DNA of 64,000 bases from Escherichia phage LinBro. A program made the position numbers and the translations under genes. The stretch lies in sequence record OR896830.1; one strand, given 5' to 3'. The notes below the pieces were generated by a model. It ran no database searches. It was not told where the DNA came from and saw only the letters and a program-made list of their open reading frames with translations. Position 1 is the first letter of the stretch; each line of letters opens with the position of its first letter. Of the stretch, positions 48,474-56,158 are shown in pieces.

Positions 48474-49421
48474 TGTAGAGCATTTTTATCACCATACCAT
48501 AACGAATATGGTGAAGAGTTTTATGTAGGTCGTGCTAACATTGGTGCTGTATCTTTGAACTTACCAATGATTTACCAGTATTCTAAAGAGAATGGTTTAG
48601 ATTTCTGGAAAGAGCTTGATAAGTACCTAGAGATGATTCGCAGCTTCCACAAGAAACGCTACGAAATGATTGCTAATATGCCAGCAAGCTCTAACCCTCT
48701 TGCATTCACACAAGGTGGCCTGTACAAAGGGACTAAGAAATCTACCGACAAGGTTGGCTGGGATATCGTGAAGTCCTTCACAGCTTCTTTTGGAGTTACT
48801 GCGCTTGATGAGCTATCTGTTCTTGCTGAAGGTAAACGACTTCATGAAGTTGGGAGCTATAGTTTTGCATACGATGTTCTGGCATACATCAACATGAAAA
48901 CTGAAGAGTTTAAAAATGAAGATGGCTTCTTATATGCTGTCTATGGTACTCCAGCAGAATCACTTTGTGGAACTCAACTAAAACAGTTCAGAGAAATGTT
49001 TGGTGTTATCAAAGGTGTTTCTGACAAGGAATACTTTACAAACAGTTTCCATATGAATGTTGCAGCAGACATCTCACCATTTGAGAAGCAGGACTTAGAA
49101 GAGCCATTCTTCCATATCTGTAGAGGTGGCAGAATCCAGTATGTCAGGGTAGCTAACCCAGAAAACTTAACAGCACTTAAGAGTTGTATTACAAGAGGGA
49201 TGTTGAAAGGTTTTTATCAGGGACTTAACTTTGACCTAGCAATTTGTGAGCATTGTGGTAGCAGACCAAAGGCTGATGTTGAAGAATGTGAGGTTTGCCA
49301 TTCACATGACATCTCTGTGATTAACAGGGTGTGCGGATATCTGGGATGGACTAAGATTAAAGGTGAATCCCGAATGAATGATGCAAAAATCGCTGAGATT
49401 CGTGACAGGATTTCTATGTAA
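48474..49421 (+). CDS. nrdD: anaerobic ribonucleotide reductase (class III), exon 2
   Basis: Begins CRAFLSP...GRANIGAVSLNLP; C-terminal CxxC zinc site and glycyl-radical motif RVCGYLG. Confidence 0.75.
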   Translation, partial: CRAFLSPYHNEYGEEFYVGRANIGAVSLNLPMIYQYSKENGLDFWKELDKYLEMIRSFHKKRYEMIANMPASSNPLAFTQGGLYKGTKKSTDKVGWDIVKSFTASFGVTALDELSVLAEGKRLHEVGSYSFAYDVLAYINMKTEEFKNEDGFLYAVYGTPAESLCGTQLKQFREMFGVIKGVSDKEYFTNSFHMNVAADISPFEKQDLEEPFFHICRGGRIQYVRVANPENLTALKSCITRGMLKGFYQGLNFDLAICEHCGSRPKADVEECEVCHSHDISVINRVCGYLGWTKIKGESRMNDAKIAEIRDRISM

Positions 49422-49430
49422 AACTTGACA

Positions 49431-49469
49431 AGGTGATGTGGGTCTTGATAGGCTTACATCACCTTTTTT
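49431..49469 (+). terminator. rho-independent terminator after nrdD
   Basis: 9-bp stem AGGTGATGT/ACATCACCT with 16-nt loop followed by TTTTTT. Confidence 0.55.
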
Positions 49470-49473
49470 ATTG

Positions 49474-49590
49474 GATGTCAGACATGGCAGAGAGTATTAT
49501 CGGTTTGTTCATAGGTTCTGTCTTACTAGGATTCTTTTTAGGACTTTCTTATTGTGAATTGAGAGATAAGTTAAAATGTTTAAAATATCA
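49474..49590 (+). CDS. very small hydrophobic peptide (speculative)
   Basis: 38 aa ORF MAESIIGLFIGSVLLGFFLGLSYCELRDKLKCLKYQKR, single predicted TM helix. Confidence 0.2.
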
Positions 49591-49776
49591 AAAACGTTGA
49601 TATACATACTCCACATTCTAATCTTCTTCTTTGGGGTTAGTGTTATGGTATGGGGTTTTTCAGACCCACAATGGAGTTTATCATATCACGGACAAATGGA
49701 TTTATGGTCATGCTTCAAACCATTTTTAGGGTTAGCTATAGCATTCAGTGCATTACCAACTAGGGTGAAATTATGA
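49576..49776 (+). CDS. small membrane protein
   Basis: 66 aa with two hydrophobic segments. Confidence 0.3.
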   Translation: MFKISKTLIYILHILIFFFGVSVMVWGFSDPQWSLSYHGQMDLWSCFKPFLGLAIAFSALPTRVKL

Positions 49777-50168
49777 TTAAGTTGAACCAAAAACAGTTAG
49801 AGTGGGTTAAAGACTACACCTCAGAGTGTGGCTCTTGCGAAAAGAATCACGTAAAATACTCAACATTCCATACAGTCTTCACATTGTACATCAGCGACAA
49901 TGTTCTAAGCGACTCCGTAGAAGACGGTGTAGCGTTGCCTAATGAGTTACTTGATAAATTAGCTGTAGTCACTGGAACTTGGTCTGAAGAAGATGGTCAT
50001 GAATTATCTGATGATGTTGTCTTCTACACCCTTGAAAACATCATGAATCCAGAGTACATTATGCTAATGACTTGCGCGCAAGACTGTGTTCCATTACAAG
50101 ACTTTATTAAAGAACACTGTGAAGAGTTTATTACTAAACAGGTTCCTTGTGAGGTGGTGTTTGAATGA
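49773..50168 (+). CDS. hypothetical acidic protein
   Basis: 131 aa ORF, ATGA coupling. Confidence 0.3.
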   Translation: MIKLNQKQLEWVKDYTSECGSCEKNHVKYSTFHTVFTLYISDNVLSDSVEDGVALPNELLDKLAVVTGTWSEEDGHELSDDVVFYTLENIMNPEYIMLMTCAQDCVPLQDFIKEHCEEFITKQVPCEVVFE

Positions 50169-50227
50169 GTAAAACAATTCGAAGAAAAGGTTTAAAGAAC
50201 ATTTATATTTATTGGTGAGGTAACTAG

Positions 50228-50713
50228 ATGAATTACATGGAGATTAGACCATTTGACACAGCTAATGGTGAAGGGGTTCGTGTAAGCCTCTTCGTAGCTG
50301 GCTGTAAACATCACTGTGAAGGCTGCTTTAACAGGGAGTCTTGGAAGTTTAATGCTGGTAAAGTATTTACTTATGCAAACCTCTACGGCATCATTAAGTT
50401 AATGGATGATGAGGCCATCAGTGGGTTGTCAATACTTGGTGGGGAGCCTCTGGATGATAGAAACATTCAAGAGGTCACCAACATATGCAAACGTATTAAA
50501 ACTGTTTATCCAGAAAAGTCTATATGGCTTTGGACAGGTTTTCAGTTACACGAAAAAATTCACTTAGATGTGATGAAATATGTTGACGTAGTGATTGATG
50601 GTAAGTATGATTCATCTAAACCAACAGTTAAACCTTATCGTGGTTCTGATAACCAAAACCTCTGGAGAAAAGAGTATGGGTGGCAAGGTGATTGTCAATG
50701 GCGAGCAGAATGA
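50228..50713 (+). CDS. nrdG: anaerobic ribonucleotide reductase activating protein (radical SAM)
   Basis: CKHHCEGC (Cx3Cx2C) radical-SAM cluster motif near N-terminus; 161 aa; near nrdD. Confidence 0.75.
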   Translation: MNYMEIRPFDTANGEGVRVSLFVAGCKHHCEGCFNRESWKFNAGKVFTYANLYGIIKLMDDEAISGLSILGGEPLDDRNIQEVTNICKRIKTVYPEKSIWLWTGFQLHEKIHLDVMKYVDVVIDGKYDSSKPTVKPYRGSDNQNLWRKEYGWQGDCQWRAE

Positions 50714-50951
50714 TTATTCTGGCAAGTGGACTTACGACATCAACAAGTTAGATGCTTGGATGATTTATACAAGAGAAAAATTTGGCGAACGTTCATTATG
50801 TGCTCTTGCAACAATGGTGAAGAACGTTGCCTTTGTCATTCATGAATCAGATAAGTTTGGAGACTTCTACAGGATTCAAAACATTAGAGAAGGTATAACT
50901 CCAATCGGTATCACTGAAGAAGAACTCCATAAGTTCTGTATTAAACTTTAA
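50676..50951 (+). CDS. hypothetical protein
   Basis: Track ORF 50595-50951 trimmed to in-frame ATG at 50676; overlaps nrdG 3' end. Confidence 0.3.
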   Translation: MGGKVIVNGEQNDYSGKWTYDINKLDAWMIYTREKFGERSLCALATMVKNVAFVIHESDKFGDFYRIQNIREGITPIGITEEELHKFCIKL

Positions 50952-50966
50952 TGAGAGAGACTAAAA

Positions 50967-51233
50967 ATGGGAATTTTAGGTAATATGAAAGCTGGCTTCT
51001 TGAAGGCACTGGCAAAAGCAGCAGCAATCATTTCTATGACTGGAAAGCAGGTTGGTGTAGATGCTTCAGCAATTGCACAGGTTCTTGCAAGCCAAATTGA
51101 ACAGCAGCCTTACATCCACGTTGGACGTGGCAAAGGTGGTAAGAAACAAGCACATCGACCAACTGGTGCAGCAGCAATTAAACGTGCAGCTAAAAAAGCT
51201 CGTAACCGTAAACGTAATAAGAAGGCTAAATAA
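50967..51233 (+). CDS. small protein with amphipathic N-terminus and highly basic C-terminal tail
   Basis: 88 aa; C-terminus GRGKGGKKQAHRPTGAAAIKRAAKKARNRKRNKKAK. Confidence 0.35.
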   Translation: MGILGNMKAGFLKALAKAAAIISMTGKQVGVDASAIAQVLASQIEQQPYIHVGRGKGGKKQAHRPTGAAAIKRAAKKARNRKRNKKAK

Positions 51234-51235
51234 TC

Positions 51236-51556
51236 ATGAGCAAAGTTTATAACACTCGTAAATTACAGATTTTCGTACTGTGCCAGTTTATGGCTAAAGA
51301 GTATAACTACTACTACTGTGGTACAGGGTTCATCAGCGATGATGACGGTTCATACCTACCATTTAAAGAAGCTGTGAAGCTCTTTAATGAAGAGAAAAAC
51401 TCTAAGAAAGATATTGAAAAGGTTAAGCTAACCTACAGCAAGAAAGATAAGAAGATTATCTGCCTAGATAACTTTGTAAAAGTTACTGGAGAAGCAAAAG
51501 AGTTTATGGATGAGAGTGAGATTTCATTCACAAGCATCTTGAAAGTAGCTCAGTAA
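51236..51556 (+). CDS. hypothetical protein
   Basis: 106 aa ORF. Confidence 0.3.
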   Translation: MSKVYNTRKLQIFVLCQFMAKEYNYYYCGTGFISDDDGSYLPFKEAVKLFNEEKNSKKDIEKVKLTYSKKDKKIICLDNFVKVTGEAKEFMDESEISFTSILKVAQ

Positions 51557-51567
51557 ACAGATACTAT

Positions 51568-51598
51568 AAGGGAACTGTAAAGGTTCCCTTTTTATTTT
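51568..51598 (+). terminator. rho-independent terminator
   Basis: AAGGGAAC-tgtaaag-GTTCCCTT hairpin followed by TTTATTTT. Confidence 0.65.
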
Positions 51599-51607
51599 GG
51601 AGATAAT

Positions 51608-52123
51608 ATGTACCTGTCAAATCTGAAACGTTCTGCTGCAATGTCAGTGTTAAGACTCAGTTTTGAGGAACGTCAAGAGTTCATTGACTCCCACCAATAC
51701 GACCCTTCTAACTCCAATCACATGATTCTCTGGAATCGTGACAGTACTCGTGAAAGAGCACTATTCCGTTACTACCCACATTACACCATAGACAACTTGT
51801 ATGAATGTTTTGTTGTGAAGAACACCATTACAGTACTCAATAAACTTTGCAGATACACAGGTAGTCAATCCTTCACATTAGGCCACCACAAACCCGTTAC
51901 AAAGGGTGGTGAGCATCACTGTGCAAACTGGTTTATCCAGACTAAACTTGATAACCAGAAGCAAGGGGATAACCTCCTAAGCACACCTAAGATGACCTAT
52001 GAAGAGCAAGAGAAATATATCAAAAATAATATGCCAGATGTGCTTGACAACAACTATACAGATTTGGCAATATCTCTCCTGTTGAAGTTCGAGACAGTTT
52101 ATAGGGCAACTTACAATGGCTAA
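51608..52123 (+). CDS. HNH-like nuclease domain protein (candidate)
   Basis: GHHKPVTKGGEHHCANWFIQTKLDNQKQ resembles the HH..P...GG.....N HNH signature. Confidence 0.3.
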   Translation: MYLSNLKRSAAMSVLRLSFEERQEFIDSHQYDPSNSNHMILWNRDSTRERALFRYYPHYTIDNLYECFVVKNTITVLNKLCRYTGSQSFTLGHHKPVTKGGEHHCANWFIQTKLDNQKQGDNLLSTPKMTYEEQEKYIKNNMPDVLDNNYTDLAISLLLKFETVYRATYNG

Positions 52124-52394
52124 AGAGAAGTGGGAGATTTTACCATTAGTCAGTGAAGGCGGTAATGGTTGTGAAATGTACATGATACGTGGGCATGTTC
52201 CAGAACCAATTGCACTTGAGATGGTAAACAACTTTACAGATGGCTCTTACAAAGACTTAGGGGAGCCAAATATAAAGCAGCAATGGGTAAAGCCTGTACC
52301 AGACAGCACAGGTAACTGTAGTGTACTTTATCACGTTGTAGACCCTGCAAAATGCAAATCTGCAATGGCAGTAACAAACGTAACTTTTGATTGA
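52116..52394 (+). CDS. hypothetical protein
   Basis: 92 aa ORF. Confidence 0.3.
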   Translation: MAKEKWEILPLVSEGGNGCEMYMIRGHVPEPIALEMVNNFTDGSYKDLGEPNIKQQWVKPVPDSTGNCSVLYHVVDPAKCKSAMAVTNVTFD

Positions 52395-53287
52395 GAGAGA
52401 AAACTATGAAAACTGTTATTGAAGCCGTCGTCACCGCTCAAGAGAAATTCTTCCACACAGAAAAATTTAATATCATTCAATTCCCATCTGGAGAAATTGG
52501 TGGAAACTTCTCTGAAGATTTTGTTAAGTTTACTGAGCGTAATGCTGGTAAGATTGATAATGTTATAATTACTGTACAGGGATATGACAAAGATACACTG
52601 TTTGCATTAGCTTTGGCTAAGGATGCCGTTGACAGTCTTGTTCCCCAGAAATCAGCGATGAAAACCGTTGTTTTCGGGTTCTTACCAAATGCTCGATATG
52701 ACCGCCACATGTTCAAAGGTGATGCAGCAGCACTGAAAGCCTTTGCCAACCTAGTTAATGCAATGGGTTTTGATGCAGTATGTGCTCTTGACCCTCACAG
52801 TAATGTTGCAGAAAACTTATTTAAGTGCTTTCAAAGCATGAAGCAAAAAGATGTGGCAGTACACTTTGCAAGTGACCCACGCATTGATTTCTTGGTAGCC
52901 CCAGATGCAGGTGCAGCTAAGAAGACTGAAGATACCGCTAAAGAGGTGGATAAGCCGTATATCACAATGTCTAAGGTGCGCAATCTTAAGACTGGAGAAA
53001 TCACTGGTATGCGAATCCTTGACGATGTTGATTTGACCGATAAAACTGTCATGATTCTTGATGATATCTGTGATGGTGGTCGAACATTCGTAGAGGCAGC
53101 TAAACACCTACGTGAAGCAGGTGCAAAACGTGTGGAACTCTATGTAACTCATGGTATTTTCTCTAAAGGTGTTGAAAACTTACTTGACAACGGTATTGAC
53201 CATATCTACACTACAAACACTTTAGGCGAAGCTAAAGACCGTGGCTTAACACATTATGGTCAAGTTACTGTAGCAAACATTGATTAG
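52391..53287 (+). CDS. ribose-phosphate pyrophosphokinase (Prs)-like phosphoribosyltransferase-fold protein
   Basis: PRPP-binding loop VMILDDICDGGRTF near the C-terminal third; ~300 aa as for Prs. Confidence 0.6.
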   Translation: MREKTMKTVIEAVVTAQEKFFHTEKFNIIQFPSGEIGGNFSEDFVKFTERNAGKIDNVIITVQGYDKDTLFALALAKDAVDSLVPQKSAMKTVVFGFLPNARYDRHMFKGDAAALKAFANLVNAMGFDAVCALDPHSNVAENLFKCFQSMKQKDVAVHFASDPRIDFLVAPDAGAAKKTEDTAKEVDKPYITMSKVRNLKTGEITGMRILDDVDLTDKTVMILDDICDGGRTFVEAAKHLREAGAKRVELYVTHGIFSKGVENLLDNGIDHIYTTNTLGEAKDRGLTHYGQVTVANID

Positions 53288-53295
53288 GTAACAGT

Positions 53296-53787
53296 ATGAA
53301 TAAGGGTTATTTTGAAAGATACCTAATATATGAACCAGATACAGGTTTATTAATTTGGAGAGTAACCCTTTGCAGTACCGCTATTGCTGGTAATGTGGCT
53401 GGCACAAGGTCTAAGAAGGGTTATATCCAAGTCCAGATAAATAAGAAGAGGTACTATGCACATAATATTGCATGGATTATGTCTGGAGGTGAGATACCAA
53501 GTGGATATGAGATAGACCACATAGACCTTGATAAATCTAATAATAAGTTGGAGAATTTAAGACTTAGCACAAAGTCACAAAATCAGAGGAATAGGGGTAT
53601 ATACAAGAATAATAAAACTGGTGTGAAGGGTGTAAGTTTTTGTAAACAAACAGGTCTTTACAAAGCAAGAGTCATGCTTTACCATAAAGAATACTTTTGT
53701 GGAAGATTTAAAACGGTAGAAGAAGCAAAAGAAGCTGTAATTAAAAAGCGAATAGAACTTCATGGTGAGTTTGCAAGACATAACTAA
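53296..53787 (+). CDS. free-standing HNH homing endonuclease with AP2-like DNA-binding domain
   Basis: YEIDHIDLDKSNNKLENLRLSTKSQN HNH_3-like motif followed by GVKGVSF...GLYKARV...FKTVEEAKEA AP2-like segment. Confidence 0.65.
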   Translation: MNKGYFERYLIYEPDTGLLIWRVTLCSTAIAGNVAGTRSKKGYIQVQINKKRYYAHNIAWIMSGGEIPSGYEIDHIDLDKSNNKLENLRLSTKSQNQRNRGIYKNNKTGVKGVSFCKQTGLYKARVMLYHKEYFCGRFKTVEEAKEAVIKKRIELHGEFARHN

Positions 53788-53801
53788 GAGAGAGGTAAAA
53801 T

Positions 53802-55583
53802 ATGAGTAAGTCACTTTACGCAGTACCAGCAGGTCTTAATGCAGATGCTTACAAGGCATCACATATATATCAGTATCCAGATGCTACGCAATATCTTATG
53901 TTGAACCTGACACCACGTAGTGATAAATGGTTTAACAGCCCCTTAGCAATTGACGGTGTAGTAGCTTTTGGTATTCAACGTTTCGTTAAAGATTACTTGA
54001 TAGACCATTGGAATGCTACGTTCTTTGAACGTGACAAAAAAGAAGCAATTGACGAAATCTTAGAAGTCATGAATGGTGTTCTGGGCAAAGATGCTATCGG
54101 TCGAGAGCATTGGGAGGCACTTCACGACTTAGGTTATCTACCAGTTGAAGTATACGCTGTAGAAGAAGGCACAGTTGTCCCTATGCGTGTTCCGATGATT
54201 GTTTTCCAGAACACTGTTTCAGGTTTCCATTGGGTAGCAGGTTATCTGGAAGATGCTTTCTCTGCTGAGATTTGGAAGGCTTGTACCATTGCAACTATTG
54301 CATTGCACTACAAACGTATCTGTAAGAAGTGGGCTGACCTTACTTGTGACAACGACTTGCATTTGCCTTATCAGTGCCATGACTTTGCTATGCGTGGTAT
54401 GTCCGGCTTTACTGATGACGCATTTAACGCTGTAGGCCACTTAACCAGCTTTAAAGGAACTGATAGCTTCCCTGCTGTGTATACGGCTAAACGAATCTAT
54501 GGACAGTCCTACCCAATCTCTGATATTGGTAGCTCTGTACCAGCCACTGAGCACTCTGTAATGTGTGCAAACATTGCTTGGGAAGGTGGTAATGAGTTGA
54601 TTGAAGAAGAAAGACGCTTTAAAGGTGAGTTACAGACCTTCCGTCGTTTCTTAACAGAAACTTACCCAACTGGTATTGCAAGTATTGTTTCAGACACTTA
54701 TAACTTCTGGAGAACTGTGTCAGAAATCTTACCAGCACTTCGTAAAGAAATTATGGAACGTGATGGTAAGCTGGTAATTCGCCCTGACTCTGGAGACCCT
54801 GTACATATTGTCACAGGCTATAAAGCAATCCACTTAGAGTGTGCTAAGAAGGCTTATTATGAGCACCTAAGCAAGCTGGAAGCTAGTGACACAATGTTGA
54901 ATGCTGTTCTGAACATGAAGCTTGAAAACATCAACTATGGTATTGCTGGATGGCTACTGTCAGAAGGCTACGAAATGGTTGTTGACAGAGAAGACTTTGA
55001 AGTTGCTGATACAGTGATGTTGAAAAATGCTTATATGGTTGGCTCTGCAAACGTTGTAACACGTCCTGTAGCAGAGATTGATGGAGCTATTAAGACCCTG
55101 TACAACATCTTCGGAGGGACTATTAACTCTAAAGGGTTTAAGGTACTGGATGAGCACATCGGCCTTATCTATGGTGACTCTATCACGCTGGAACGTGCAA
55201 ACGAAATCCTGAAGCGTCTGTATGAAATGGGTTTTGCAAGCTCTAACGTAGTGTTTGGTGTAGGCTCTTACACTTACCAGTACATGACTCGCGACACCTT
55301 TGCATTTGCTGTCAAAGCAACTCTTGCAAGCATTGGTGGTAAAGAGATTATGCTTGCAAAAGACCCTAAAACAGATAGTGGTGTTAAGAAATCTGCCTTT
55401 GGTGGTGTAGCACCTATGTGGGATGGTGATAAGCTGAAAGCTGTAGATGGCTATGGATTCCAGAGTTTTGCAGATGTACTTGACCACCAAGCTTGTGCTT
55501 TACGTTTAGTCTTTAGCGACTCTGAGCAGTTCGGTTATACAACTCTTGGAGATATTCGAAATAATATTGACAAGCAGCTTTAA
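53802..55583 (+). CDS. nicotinamide phosphoribosyltransferase (NAMPT/NadV)-like protein
   Basis: N-terminal ADAYKASHIYQYPDAT resembles the NAMPT signature (DxYK..H..QYP); 593 aa. Confidence 0.65.
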   Translation: MSKSLYAVPAGLNADAYKASHIYQYPDATQYLMLNLTPRSDKWFNSPLAIDGVVAFGIQRFVKDYLIDHWNATFFERDKKEAIDEILEVMNGVLGKDAIGREHWEALHDLGYLPVEVYAVEEGTVVPMRVPMIVFQNTVSGFHWVAGYLEDAFSAEIWKACTIATIALHYKRICKKWADLTCDNDLHLPYQCHDFAMRGMSGFTDDAFNAVGHLTSFKGTDSFPAVYTAKRIYGQSYPISDIGSSVPATEHSVMCANIAWEGGNELIEEERRFKGELQTFRRFLTETYPTGIASIVSDTYNFWRTVSEILPALRKEIMERDGKLVIRPDSGDPVHIVTGYKAIHLECAKKAYYEHLSKLEASDTMLNAVLNMKLENINYGIAGWLLSEGYEMVVDREDFEVADTVMLKNAYMVGSANVVTRPVAEIDGAIKTLYNIFGGTINSKGFKVLDEHIGLIYGDSITLERANEILKRLYEMGFASSNVVFGVGSYTYQYMTRDTFAFAVKATLASIGGKEIMLAKDPKTDSGVKKSAFGGVAPMWDGDKLKAVDGYGFQSFADVLDHQACALRLVFSDSEQFGYTTLGDIRNNIDKQL

Positions 55584-55597
55584 AAGTATATGATAAG

Positions 55598-55619
55598 AGG
55601 CTCCTACGGGAGCCTTTTT
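55598..55619 (+). terminator. rho-independent terminator
   Basis: AGGCTCC-tacg-GGAGCCT hairpin followed by TTTTT. Confidence 0.65.
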
Positions 55620-55636
55620 AATTTCTGGAGAAGATT

Positions 55637-55972
55637 ATGAAAATCAAAGAAATGAACATTAACGTTGTCCTAGAAGAACGTTGGGAGAACATTAAGAAAC
55701 CTGAAGATGGTAAAAAGTTCCTTAACAAAATTTTAGTAGCAGCTAAAGAAGAACTGACTGGCAAGATTGCAGCAGCAATCACAATAAAAATCTGTGTAAA
55801 AGGTCTTCCACAACATCACCAATTTGCACTTGACGAGTTTAAAGAAAGCTTCTACAATCCAAACAAACAGATGCTTGAAAGTAACTTTGCAGTGTCTACA
55901 AGTATCGTCCATGACAGAAGCTTTATCCTTTACAAGAATATGAGAGGTGAGTCATGCAAGCATATTGGATAG
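55637..55972 (+). CDS. hypothetical protein
   Basis: 111 aa ORF. Confidence 0.3.
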   Translation: MKIKEMNINVVLEERWENIKKPEDGKKFLNKILVAAKEELTGKIAAAITIKICVKGLPQHHQFALDEFKESFYNPNKQMLESNFAVSTSIVHDRSFILYKNMRGESCKHIG

Positions 55973-56130
55973 AAATTTTACTGTCACTTGGTAGTGTAGC
56001 AGTATTTGTTTACCTTCTTTGCAAGTACTATGCAGAGCACAAGAAGTGTGATTACTGCAACGGGGAAGGGTACACAAGAGCAGGTTGTTGCCCTATTTGT
56101 GGTGGTTCTGGTAAAATGTTTAATAAGTAA
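55954..56130 (+). CDS. small membrane protein with DnaJ-type zinc finger (CxxCxGxG x2)
   Basis: 58 aa ORF below track cutoff: N-terminal TM helix then CDYCNGEG...CPICGGSG. Confidence 0.35.
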   Translation: MQAYWIEILLSLGSVAVFVYLLCKYYAEHKKCDYCNGEGYTRAGCCPICGGSGKMFNK

Positions 56131-56158
56131 TTTAACAGTAAACTAAGAGGAAAGTATT

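Noticed and set aside
49425-49430. TTGACA hexamer just upstream of the nrdD terminator as a promoter -35
   Set aside because: No acceptable -10 hexamer at 16-18 bp spacing; the sequence forms the 5' flank and stem of the terminator hairpin instead.
50595-50675. Long N-terminal extension of ORF 50595-50951 overlapping nrdG
   Set aside because: An 80-nt overlap in another frame with a well-supported radical-SAM gene is unlikely; an in-frame ATG at 50676 gives a more plausible start.
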